Virus record (IMG/VR): IMGVR_UViG_3300036804_000165
Span: 792 to 64,791 of that record
Length of the DNA stretch: 64,000 bases
Direction: 5' to 3' (one strand)
DNA from: a virus
Taxonomy: Duplodnaviria; Caudoviricetes
The notes under the pieces are model-generated. The model made no database searches, was not told the origin of the DNA, and saw only the letters and a program-made list of their open reading frames with translations. The translations under genes were made by a program, and so were the position numbers. This document shows, piece after piece, positions 36,617-45,554 of the stretch; position 1 is the first letter of the stretch, and every line of letters starts with the position of its first letter.

Positions 36617-37630
36617 TCACGCCAGGCTTTCCAGGCCGCTGTTCAGAAGCTGCCCCGCCGTCCACGGCGCGGCCGTGGCCGGGTTTACCGGAAGAATGTT
36701 CTGGAAATTGCCAAAGCTGCCGACCGGTGGCGCAACCGAACCGTTCTGGAACGAACCAGCCGAGGTATGCACATCCCAGGCGAAATGCTGCGGCCCGGAC
36801 GCGCCCGCCGACACCGACGCGGCCTGGGCCACCGCGGCGATCGTCCAGTTCCCGGTCGGCAGCGTGCCGGCGACGGTCCACTCGGACAGAGCGTTGGTCG
36901 AGGCGGTGTCGATGAACGCGCCTGTGTTGTTCGTCGCTTCGTTGATGCTGCCGACAACACCGGTCCACGACTGGGTAGCGCCAGCGGCGACGGGTGGAAG
37001 CGTTTGCAATGCCCATCCGAGCGTTGACGTTGACGCTACAATCACCTCTGACCATGACTGGCTGGGGGAGAAGCCACTAAAACCGGCAGACAGCAGCAGC
37101 GCGGTAAGTTGGGTCTGACCATCGGTTGTGACGTTGACCCCGGCTCCTGTGTTACAAACGAGGACCCCGTTGACATAGACCTCTACCTGTCCGGTCGTGC
37201 TGTAATTGCAGAATATGTCGATGGCGCTGACCGGTACGACGGCGGCGGCGGGTAGCGCCCCGGCAGTAGAAGTTGCTATGGGGGTGACCGTTCCCGCCGC
37301 GTTGCCGGTGCAGATCGTGAATGTTTCGCCCGCCCCCGAATAAGCCCCATAGCGCAGAATAATACGCTCTACACCAGCACTATCCAGCAGCGCCAAAAAA
37401 GTCCCACCACTCGTCATGGGGTTGGTAGCAGCAGCCTGTACACCGGTTTGCGCATGCACCCAGAACGAATTGGCAGGCCCCCAACTCGGCGTCACCGCAT
37501 AGGCTGTGGTGTTTGCTGACCCAATAGCCGCCCGCGCAAAGGCGCTTCGGAAATACGAGGCATTCGTGGTTACAGTCGCCCCAATCAAAGTGAAATTTAT
37601 ATCCTCGCCGCCCGCCCAAAGAATCGTCAT
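36617..37630 (-). CDS. Tail/virion structural protein
   Basis: MTILWAGGED..NPATAAPWT; beta-rich. Confidence 0.7.
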   Translation of the reverse strand: MTILWAGGEDINFTLIGATVTTNASYFRSAFARAAIGSANTTAYAVTPSWGPANSFWVHAQTGVQAAATNPMTSGGTFLALLDSAGVERIILRYGAYSGAGETFTICTGNAAGTVTPIATSTAGALPAAAVVPVSAIDIFCNYSTTGQVEVYVNGVLVCNTGAGVNVTTDGQTQLTALLLSAGFSGFSPSQSWSEVIVASTSTLGWALQTLPPVAAGATQSWTGVVGSINEATNNTGAFIDTASTNALSEWTVAGTLPTGNWTIAAVAQAASVSAGASGPQHFAWDVHTSAGSFQNGSVAPPVGSFGNFQNILPVNPATAAPWTAGQLLNSGLESLA

Positions 37631-37631
37631 C

Positions 37632-38198
37632 TCACGTCACCTCGAATTGGAAGGAGAGGCAGGCATTGGCGAACGTCAGGTCAGCCGTTGCCTGGTTGAT
37701 GAGTTCGATGGAATCACCGGCCGCCCAGGGCACCGCCGCGAACGTCGGAAAGGTGACAGTCCCGCCTGTGTTGACGGAAACCGTGCCCTGGGTATGCACC
37801 GTGCCGCTGTTGATGGTGTTCAGCGTCAAAGTATTGGACGCGGTCGGCCTGCCCTTGACCTGTGCTTGCGGGGCGCCGCCGTTCGCCAACAGCGTCCCGG
37901 CCTGCGTGAGGGTGATGATCATGTCCTGGCCGCCGACCAGGGTCCCGACCATCGGGAAGGGTATCGTCCTGATCATCGCTGAGGACCCGAGATCGAGCGT
38001 GCCGCCGCTCAGCGCGAGCCGCGTGGACAGCGGGATATTGGTTGCCTGAGCGCCGACCGTGCCGCCCAGCAGTCCGGTGGCGGCCAGTGTCGGCGAGGAG
38101 ATCGTGCCGCCATTGACGATGGTGCCGCCGTTGAGGAACGCGCTCGATGCGATGACGATCGATGTCACCGCCGGGGGCAGGGGGGTCACATTCGTCAT
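37632..38198 (-). CDS. Tail-associated protein
   Basis: Thr/Gly-rich, in tail operon. Confidence 0.65.
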   Translation of the reverse strand: MTNVTPLPPAVTSIVIASSAFLNGGTIVNGGTISSPTLAATGLLGGTVGAQATNIPLSTRLALSGGTLDLGSSAMIRTIPFPMVGTLVGGQDMIITLTQAGTLLANGGAPQAQVKGRPTASNTLTLNTINSGTVHTQGTVSVNTGGTVTFPTFAAVPWAAGDSIELINQATADLTFANACLSFQFEVT

Positions 38199-38202
38199 GT
38201 CG

Positions 38203-40740
38203 CTACCCCGCTGGCGCGCTGCTGCCGGCGGCGTTGACCGCCACCAGGAAAACCGACAGGGCGCTCGGTGTCTCGCCCGTCACGGTCAGGAAGGTCGCCG
38301 GCGCCGCCACGCTGCCGAGCAGCGAGGCGCCGCTGAACGGCTGGCTGGCCCCCGGCGCGGCCCATGCCTGATAGGACCGGATGGTCAAATCGGTGCTCGC
38401 GGTCCAGGCCATCGTGAAGCCGCCCACGATCGGCGTGACCACCAACCCGCTCGGCGTCGCCGGCACCGCCGCCACCAAGGCGCCGGAGTTGACCGCCGCC
38501 GAGGTGTCCCAGGCTGAAATCGCCAAGCCGTTTTGCGAGATCGCCCGGACCCGAGCGACATAGCTTGTCGCGGCGACGGCGGGGATCAGCGCGTAGCTGA
38601 GCGCTGAGGCGCCGAGGCTCTGATCGACCGGCCATGTCGTGCCGCCATCGGCGGAGAACTGCACCTCGTAGCGGCCGAGCGCGGGGCCGGTGCTGGCCGT
38701 CCAGGTTGCCGTCATCGCCAGCACAGTGGTGCCGTCCGCCTGCGTCGTGCGGCTGGCCGCGAGGGCAATCCCGCTCGGCGGGTTGATCGTGTAGACCACC
38801 CCGGTCGGGGTGTAGCTGTAGCGGGTGACCGCCGAGATGTCCTCGGACGCGGCGCCGAAGATATTGAAGCTGACCAGCTTGGCGTAGATCGTCACCCCGA
38901 CATAGGCGGCCGGCAGGGTGATCTGCAGCAGATGCGCGGGCACCACCGACCAGAACGGATCGCCGATGGCGTGCGCGGCGATGGTGGTGTCGTAGAAGCC
39001 CCGCCGCAGATAGGTCAGGTCCGACGAATAGGCGTCATGGCCGTTGACCGCGACGGCGCCGTAGGCCAGCAGTTCGGTGCCCACCATCGCCAGCGAACGC
39101 CCCGCGTCGGCGTCGGCGTGCGTCACCGTGGCGCTGAGCACGGACAGGCTCTCGATCAGATCGACCGACAGCGTATCGGTGGTGTCGGGATCAGCGTTCG
39201 CCGCCAGCGCCGCCAGCAGGACGCCCTGCGGGGTCGCCGCGGTGACCTGACCGAACGGCGCATAGGTGACGTCGTCAACCGAGAGATACACCGTCGCCCC
39301 GCCCCACCAGGGGCCGCCGGACGCGCCGATCCAGACCTGCGGCACGCCCACGGTCACGGAGGCGGGCGGCTCGAAGATCAGCGGCGCGTTGTTCACCGGA
39401 CCCGGCGCGACATTCAGCGCCGGCGTGCCGATGCCGCCGGCGGGCTGCGAGGCCATGACGATGCCGACGCCGACGCCGCTGGGGCATTCCTCGGCCTCGA
39501 CCGCAAGCTCGCCTGTGTCGTTCTCGCTGACCGTCTGGATGCGCACCGGATAGGCGACGAGGCCGAGCGCGGGGTCGGTGAGGCTGACGATGTCGCCCGG
39601 CTCCAGCAGCACGAAGTTGTAGCCGAGGGTGAACTTGTAGGTGTTGCGGATGTAGAGCGCGCGCGCGCCGATCAGCCCCACCATGACCCCGGCGATGCCG
39701 CGGTCGCAGACCTCGTTGGCCTGGATTTCATTGGCCTGGAACAGGCCGTATTTGTCGATCGAGGTCTGATCTTTGTATTCGACCGTCGCGGTCGAGTACT
39801 GATTGAGCCGATCGAGGGCGTTGATCCGGGTCCAGTTGTAGGCGGCGGATGGCTCGGAGCGGACGCAGGTGACCGGGGACTCGTTCTTTTTGGTGACGAA
39901 ATCGTCCCAGGTCAGGTCGTAGCGGACGGTGTTGACCGGCACGAACGTCACGCCGTTGGCGGTGATCTCGGTATCGCCCAGCGGCACGAACTTCATCTGG
40001 TTTTCCGACCAGAAAATCCAGCTATTGGTGAGTTGCGACCAGCGTTGCAGGATCGAGATCGCCTGCTCCTCCTGGTTCAGCGCAGGCGACAGCAGCAGGT
40101 TGAGCGCGGTGCAATAGGTCGCATACAGCGTCATGTCGCCGATCAGCGCCGGGGGGATGGCGAGGCCGTAGCGGGTCGAGGTGCAGATGTCGTAGATGAT
40201 CGTCGCGGCGTTGACGTCCGGATAGTTCGGCGACGAGGTTGAGTCGAAGAAGCCGATAATCTCGAAGTTGTGCTGCGGCACCGTCGCCGATGAGCCGAGA
40301 TCGTAGTTGTTGGTCGCGAGGTAGGCGATGCCGCGATAGGCGATCGGCACGAAGCCGGGCACCGTCGAGATGCAGCTAAACGGGGTTTGCGAAAAGGTGC
40401 CGGTGTAGGCGACGAGGTTGAGCGCGGAGAATGTCGTCTGGGTGGTGCCGTCAACCCAGATGCTGCCGTAGCTGACCGGTCCCTCGCACGCCGCGAGGAT
40501 CACCCCGGCGGTATAGGTGTAGTTCTGCGATCCCTTGCCGCCGCCTTTGCCGCCGCCGCCGCCTTTTTTGCCGCCGCCAGAGGCGAAGCGCTGGAAATTG
40601 TCGGCCCACACGAGGTTCGGCGCGATCTGGTTGCGGCCGTAGATCACGGGGACGATCATACCCTCCGAGGAGGTCTGGATCGCGACGCCGACATAGTTCG
40701 GCGGATTGGTGGCCTTGGTGCCTGAGCGCAAAAAGCCCAT
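38203..40740 (-). CDS. Tail tip / host-specificity protein (GTA-like, with FN3 repeats)
   Basis: VPVIYGRN, ACEGP, AYRGIAY, LLEPGDIV, C-terminal FN3-like units. Confidence 0.85.
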   Translation of the reverse strand: MGFLRSGTKATNPPNYVGVAIQTSSEGMIVPVIYGRNQIAPNLVWADNFQRFASGGGKKGGGGGKGGGKGSQNYTYTAGVILAACEGPVSYGSIWVDGTTQTTFSALNLVAYTGTFSQTPFSCISTVPGFVPIAYRGIAYLATNNYDLGSSATVPQHNFEIIGFFDSTSSPNYPDVNAATIIYDICTSTRYGLAIPPALIGDMTLYATYCTALNLLLSPALNQEEQAISILQRWSQLTNSWIFWSENQMKFVPLGDTEITANGVTFVPVNTVRYDLTWDDFVTKKNESPVTCVRSEPSAAYNWTRINALDRLNQYSTATVEYKDQTSIDKYGLFQANEIQANEVCDRGIAGVMVGLIGARALYIRNTYKFTLGYNFVLLEPGDIVSLTDPALGLVAYPVRIQTVSENDTGELAVEAEECPSGVGVGIVMASQPAGGIGTPALNVAPGPVNNAPLIFEPPASVTVGVPQVWIGASGGPWWGGATVYLSVDDVTYAPFGQVTAATPQGVLLAALAANADPDTTDTLSVDLIESLSVLSATVTHADADAGRSLAMVGTELLAYGAVAVNGHDAYSSDLTYLRRGFYDTTIAAHAIGDPFWSVVPAHLLQITLPAAYVGVTIYAKLVSFNIFGAASEDISAVTRYSYTPTGVVYTINPPSGIALAASRTTQADGTTVLAMTATWTASTGPALGRYEVQFSADGGTTWPVDQSLGASALSYALIPAVAATSYVARVRAISQNGLAISAWDTSAAVNSGALVAAVPATPSGLVVTPIVGGFTMAWTASTDLTIRSYQAWAAPGASQPFSGASLLGSVAAPATFLTVTGETPSALSVFLVAVNAAGSSAPAG

Positions 40741-41285
40741 CAGGTCGGTCCCTGCTGGCGCAGCCGGGCGAAGAAGTCGAAGCAGCGACGCGGGCGTTTG
40801 TGTGCCGCGCCGTGCCCCATATAGGCGAGCGCGGGATGGCGCAGCGGTGATTCGTTGACCTGTTTCTCGTCGGCGAAGGCGTGCACCAGGTGCTCGGGAT
40901 CGATGACGATGCCCGAGTGGGCGAACGCCCGGCCGATCTTGAACGAGACGAAGTCACCGGCCTGCGGCGTCTCGATCTCGACCCCGACGATACCGAGCCA
41001 GTCGATGTAACGTTCATCGTCCCGGTGCAGAAACCACGCCGGGGGGTAGGGGCGCGGATCGAACGGCTCGACCAGTCCGGCGTCGACCACGCAGCGCACC
41101 AGCAGCATCGAGCAATCGACCGCGATACCCTTGGTGTCGCCCAATTGGCGATAGGGCGTGCCGATCCAGCTGCGCGCCTCGGCGACCAGTTTCGCGCGCA
41201 GCATCGCCTCGCGTTCGCTGGTCAGTGGATAAATCGCGGCGCACGGGATCAGCCGGCTCGGTAGCATCTGCGGGATATCGGCCAT
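40740..41285 (-). CDS. NlpC/P60 tail peptidase
   Basis: EARSWIGTPY..VDCSML..AHSGIV..LVHA. Confidence 0.85.
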   Translation of the reverse strand: MADIPQMLPSRLIPCAAIYPLTSEREAMLRAKLVAEARSWIGTPYRQLGDTKGIAVDCSMLLVRCVVDAGLVEPFDPRPYPPAWFLHRDDERYIDWLGIVGVEIETPQAGDFVSFKIGRAFAHSGIVIDPEHLVHAFADEKQVNESPLRHPALAYMGHGAAHKRPRRCFDFFARLRQQGPT

Positions 41286-41380
41286 TGCTGCGGCATCCTC
41301 GTCTCGCGCCTGTGCGAAACGTATAGCCCATGGCAGACGCAAAATGAAAGCCTGCGCCGTTCGCACAGGTGGCGGGCGCG

Positions 41381-42232
41381 CTAAAGACCCGACTGCTGCG
41401 CCGGGATGTAGGGGAAGCCGCCGAAATTTAACTGATTGCCGAAGCTGATGCAGCGCGCCACGGTCTTGGCGCAGCCCTGGGTGACGCTGAAGGTGTCCCC
41501 CGGCGACGGCACGGTCAGCAGCGGATAGCCGAACGCGATGCCGCTTGATGAATAATTTGCGACCGTCAGCGCCTGCCCGGCCCCCGCGCCCGAGGTCAGC
41601 GTCATCGTGCCGAACAAATAGATCGAGGGGTCGGTGGGCGGGGCGGTCCAGGCGATCGCGATCGCATTGGCCGAGGCGACGATGTAGTTGTCGGTGAAAC
41701 TGCCGCGGCTCAGCGTGCACTGCGCGTCATAGAGGGTGTGCGCACAGGTCGCCTCGTAGGTGCGCCGGGGCAGGTTCTGTTCGAGTTGGATATTCGAGCC
41801 GGTGCAGGTGATCTTGGCGCCCAGGCTGTTGACCTCGACCTGACCGATGGTGCCGCCGAACAGGGTCACGACGCCGAGCGCGGTGTTGCCGAAACTCGAC
41901 ATGAAGGCCCGCTGCAACAACATGTAGGCGCCGTCCAGCAGGCCGTTGTGGATTTGGTTCTTGATGTTGTTGCCGGCGCCGAAGTCCAGCCCGTTGGAAT
42001 AAAGCTGGATGTCCATCTGCGGCACTTCGGTGGTGTTTTTGGTCGCCCAGGCCGAGCGCTGGATCGCCGGGCCGACCGACGAATAGGTGATACCGTTGGC
42101 AACGATACTCTGGTCGGCGGAGGTCCAGTAATAGTTCTGCGCGTTGGGCAGCGACAGAGTGAACAGATCGGCGCTCCACAGCGGCGTGCGCGCCGCCAGC
42201 GCCGCGATCAGGCCCGCTGATGCTTGACGCAT
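41381..42232 (-). CDS. DUF2163 / BR0599-like baseplate hub protein
   Basis: CAHTLYDAQC..GDTF.V.QGC.KT..C..F.N..NFGGFPYIP. Confidence 0.85.
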   Translation of the reverse strand: MRQASAGLIAALAARTPLWSADLFTLSLPNAQNYYWTSADQSIVANGITYSSVGPAIQRSAWATKNTTEVPQMDIQLYSNGLDFGAGNNIKNQIHNGLLDGAYMLLQRAFMSSFGNTALGVVTLFGGTIGQVEVNSLGAKITCTGSNIQLEQNLPRRTYEATCAHTLYDAQCTLSRGSFTDNYIVASANAIAIAWTAPPTDPSIYLFGTMTLTSGAGAGQALTVANYSSSGIAFGYPLLTVPSPGDTFSVTQGCAKTVARCISFGNQLNFGGFPYIPAQQSGL

Positions 42233-42235
42233 GGC

Positions 42236-42457
42236 TCAATCCACCCTGGCGACGTATTCGATGAACAGCCCCGAGGCGCTCCATTCTGCGGCAGAAGCGA
42301 CCGAGCCGCACTGGACTTTGGTGACGACGACGTCGCCCCCCGCGATCACGTCCGCGAACCGGCGCAACACCGCCGCGATGTCGGCGCCGTCAGCGAGGCC
42401 AAACGGCAAATTGCCGGGCTTGAGCACGGGCCGGGCGAACGTGGCGGCATCGATCAT
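42236..42457 (-). CDS. Hypothetical protein
   Basis: Gap-filling ORF. Confidence 0.5.
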   Translation of the reverse strand: MIDAATFARPVLKPGNLPFGLADGADIAAVLRRFADVIAGGDVVVTKVQCGSVASAAEWSASGLFIEYVARVD

Positions 42458-42473
42458 GATCGGGATCCCTCTC

Positions 42474-43115
42474 TCAGCCTCGCTGCGACATCAGCGTAAC
42501 TTTCTGCACCTGCCACAATTTGTCAAAAAACTTTTCGAAGTCGGTGTGATCATCCTGAAACCGCACATAATAGAAATAGCTCATGTCGACGGCTATTTCC
42601 GAGGCCGCGGCCGGGGCGGTGTCGAACTGCACCACCTGGGCGACCGGGGTGGTGTTCACCACGCTATAGGTCGCGGGGTTCTGCAGCACCCCGCCGAGAT
42701 AGAGGTGGAACGGCTCGCCCAGGTTGACAAAGCCGATCGGCTCGGTCCCGGTGCCCTCGCCGCCGCCGTAGGTGCGCACCAGGGTGAAGGTGGTCGTCGC
42801 GCCGTCGCTGGTGCCGATCGCCTGCGCGGTGACCGCGTTGTCGTCAGGGTCGGTAAACAGGAACCCGCCGAACGCGCCGCTGACCGAGAGGTAGAAGCCG
42901 ACAATCGCCTTGAGGTCCGATGGCGTCGCGGAGGAATCGGTCTGCTGGTCGGGCAGGTAGGCATAGGTCAGTTCCCACTCCCACAGCGGATTTTGCGCGT
43001 AGGAGACACGTACCTCCCGGCCGGTCGCGGCGACGGCGATGCCGGTGAAGAATTTCGGTCGTTTGATCACCGAATAGGCCAGACCGGGCAGGGTGGGGTA
43101 GATCGGCGGCGACAT
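42474..43115 (-). CDS. DUF2460 (TIGR02217) distal tail protein
   Basis: ATGREVR..PLWEWEL..GFLF.DPDD..F.YVRF.DD. Confidence 0.85.
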   Translation of the reverse strand: MSPPIYPTLPGLAYSVIKRPKFFTGIAVAATGREVRVSYAQNPLWEWELTYAYLPDQQTDSSATPSDLKAIVGFYLSVSGAFGGFLFTDPDDNAVTAQAIGTSDGATTTFTLVRTYGGGEGTGTEPIGFVNLGEPFHLYLGGVLQNPATYSVVNTTPVAQVVQFDTAPAAASEIAVDMSYFYYVRFQDDHTDFEKFFDKLWQVQKVTLMSQRG

Positions 43116-43122
43116 GATGGTG

Positions 43123-44037
43123 TTAGCTCCCTCGACGTTGCGACATCAGCGTGAGCGTCGCCGCCGACCACAACCGGTCAAGGAATTTCTCGAAGGCGAT
43201 TTCATCGTCCTTGAACCGTACGTAATAGAAATAGCTCATCGACACGGTGATTGTCACACCGGAGGCCGGCGCGACGGGAAACTTGAGTCGCTGCGCCAGC
43301 GGGGTCTTGGTGATCACGCTGTAGCCCGCCGGGCTGACCAGCGCACCGTCGAAATAGACGCTGAACGGCGCATTGAGATCGACATAGCCGATCGGCTCGC
43401 TGGCGTTGCCGTCGCCGCCGCCATAGGTGCGATACAGCAGGAAATTGGTCGTCACGCCATCCGCGACGGCGACATACTGCCCGCTGACGATATGATCGTC
43501 GATGTCCTGGAACAGAAACCCCAGCGCGGCGCCGAGGCGCGAGAGGTAGAGGCCGAACAGCGCCCAAAGGTCATCGCCGATACCGCCCGGATCGGGCAGA
43601 TAGTCGTAGTTCAGGTCCCATTCCCACAGCGGATAGGCGGCATAGGCGACGCGCACTTCCCGGCCGGTCGCGGCGATGCTGATGCCGCTGGAAAACTTCG
43701 GCCGCTTGATCACCGAATAGCTGAGGTAGGGCAGGCCCGAGCCGCCCGAGCCGTCCACCGCCTGCGACGGCGCGCCCGGCGACAGCAGGATCGGGTAAAT
43801 CTCCGGCGGCGCGTTCACCATGGCGCGTTGGTACAGCACCTCGACCACCGTCTGCGTGGCGCGCACCGGCGATTGTTTGATGATGAGGCCCGCCAGGACG
43901 TTTTGTGTCGCGTGCGCCGGCCGGTCGGAGTGCTGGTTGATGATGAGCGCGGTGACGACGTTCTGCGTGACCCGCACGTACGCGGCGTTACGGATCGACA
44001 GCGAGGCGATGATGCCCTGGGTGGAGCGCCCCGCCAT
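43123..44037 (-). CDS. Second DUF2460 paralogue with N-terminal extension
   Basis: Same motifs as 42474-43115 plus a 3x RVTQ.V repeat. Confidence 0.8.
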   Translation of the reverse strand: MAGRSTQGIIASLSIRNAAYVRVTQNVVTALIINQHSDRPAHATQNVLAGLIIKQSPVRATQTVVEVLYQRAMVNAPPEIYPILLSPGAPSQAVDGSGGSGLPYLSYSVIKRPKFSSGISIAATGREVRVAYAAYPLWEWDLNYDYLPDPGGIGDDLWALFGLYLSRLGAALGFLFQDIDDHIVSGQYVAVADGVTTNFLLYRTYGGGDGNASEPIGYVDLNAPFSVYFDGALVSPAGYSVITKTPLAQRLKFPVAPASGVTITVSMSYFYYVRFKDDEIAFEKFLDRLWSAATLTLMSQRRGS

Positions 44038-44039
44038 CG

Positions 44040-45551
44040 TTAGCTGATCAGGCTATAGCCGGCTTGCACCGCATCGACCGCCGCGACCGTCCACGCCGCC
44101 CCGGTGTTGGGATCGAGCGGGTAGAGATCGACAAAGTAGAAGTAGGACGTCGAGAGCGGTCGCGCGGCGCTGACGACGGACGTGCCGCCGGAAGAGAGCA
44201 CCTGGCTCAGCGTGCGCGCGCTGGCATCATCCTTGCGGTAACTGCCGATCTGCTGCACCGCGAGCACCAGCGGTGCATTGGCGCTGAGCGGCTGGTAATT
44301 GAACATGTCCTGCGCGCCGACCGTGGCCGTGCTGTTGTAGGTGGTATCGCCATCGTTGTTGTCCTCGGTGACCTCCATCCAATTGGTCAGCGTGGTGATG
44401 GTGAAGGTCTGCTGCGCGCCCGCCGTCCACACGGCGGAGCGGAAAGTCCACGCGGTTGCCCAGTTCGCGTTGTTATCGGACCATTGCAGTTGAAACTCGT
44501 TTGGCGCGAACTGATCGCCGTTGAGGAACGCGCCAGCGGTGATCTTGACTTCGAGGATTTGCTGGCTGGCGCCGGCGCCGAAATCATATTCCAGCCATTG
44601 TCCCGCTACCGCCGTTGCGGCGACAGACGACCAGTAGGTCGCCGGATTGCCATCGACCGCCATCGCGGCGGTGTTGGCGCCGCTGACCGATGAGGCGCTG
44701 GCGGTGCCGGCGCCGATCAAATTGGCGCCCCCGGCACTGGCGGCGAGGCTGAGTTCGGCGATCGCGGTGGTGTGGAGGTCCGCGCTCTGGTTGATCAGCA
44801 GCCGCCAGAAGCGGTGTGCGCCCGGCAGCACCCCGGCCGCCGGCTGGAATGGCGTCCAACCCGGCGTGCCGACGTTGCCGATGGTATGCAGGGTCTCCAC
44901 CTGCACATCGCCGACGAAATCGGAGAACGGATAGACACCGGCGGCGGTGGTGGTATCGGCGACGTAAAAATCATCGACATAAAGGCTTGCCCCGAACTGC
45001 GCCCCCGAACCGGCGAAGTTGATCGTATCGACCAGATTGTTGCTGCCGCCTTGCGTGTTAAGTCCGGTCAACGTGCTGACGGTCTCGCCGTTGACGGCGA
45101 CGGTGATCGAGCCGGCGCTCGGGTGAATGAAGACCCGTACCTCAAGATAGAGCCAGACGTTGACGTTGAAGACATTGTTCGGCGTGGAGCCGACGGCGAT
45201 GGCGTTGCCCCGGCTGAATAAGATGGCGCACGATACCGGATTGAAATTTAGCGAAAGCTGCTGACCGCCCGTCGAGCTGCTCAAGTTGATGGTCGGCCCG
45301 AATTGAGCCGCAATGGTGACAAGAATCGCGGCGCCGAAGAACAGCGTCGTGAGCGGGGTCGTCAGCACGCCGGAGAGCCCGTCAGCAAAGCCCAAAAGTA
45401 TACAGGCGCCCGTGCCGTTGCGCCCCGGTGTGACCATCTGGGCGCCCTGGAAGGTCTCGAAGTTCCATTGAAAGTTGCCGCCACGACGGGACAGCAGATC
45501 GGAGAGGTTGGACGCGTAGTTGTCGAACCCGTCGAAGGCGAGCAGCGCCAT
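44040..45551 (-). CDS. Virion protein with inserted discoidin (F5/8C)-like domain
   Basis: MALLAFDGFD..; AMAVDGNPATYWSS..WLEYDFG..FQLQWSD. Confidence 0.75.
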   Translation of the reverse strand: MALLAFDGFDNYASNLSDLLSRRGGNFQWNFETFQGAQMVTPGRNGTGACILLGFADGLSGVLTTPLTTLFFGAAILVTIAAQFGPTINLSSSTGGQQLSLNFNPVSCAILFSRGNAIAVGSTPNNVFNVNVWLYLEVRVFIHPSAGSITVAVNGETVSTLTGLNTQGGSNNLVDTINFAGSGAQFGASLYVDDFYVADTTTAAGVYPFSDFVGDVQVETLHTIGNVGTPGWTPFQPAAGVLPGAHRFWRLLINQSADLHTTAIAELSLAASAGGANLIGAGTASASSVSGANTAAMAVDGNPATYWSSVAATAVAGQWLEYDFGAGASQQILEVKITAGAFLNGDQFAPNEFQLQWSDNNANWATAWTFRSAVWTAGAQQTFTITTLTNWMEVTEDNNDGDTTYNSTATVGAQDMFNYQPLSANAPLVLAVQQIGSYRKDDASARTLSQVLSSGGTSVVSAARPLSTSYFYFVDLYPLDPNTGAAWTVAAVDAVQAGYSLIS

Positions 45552-45554
45552 GGG

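Noticed and set aside
35977-45551. Diversity-generating retroelement or invertible tail cassette
   Set aside because: No reverse transcriptase, invertase or TR/VR pair recognised
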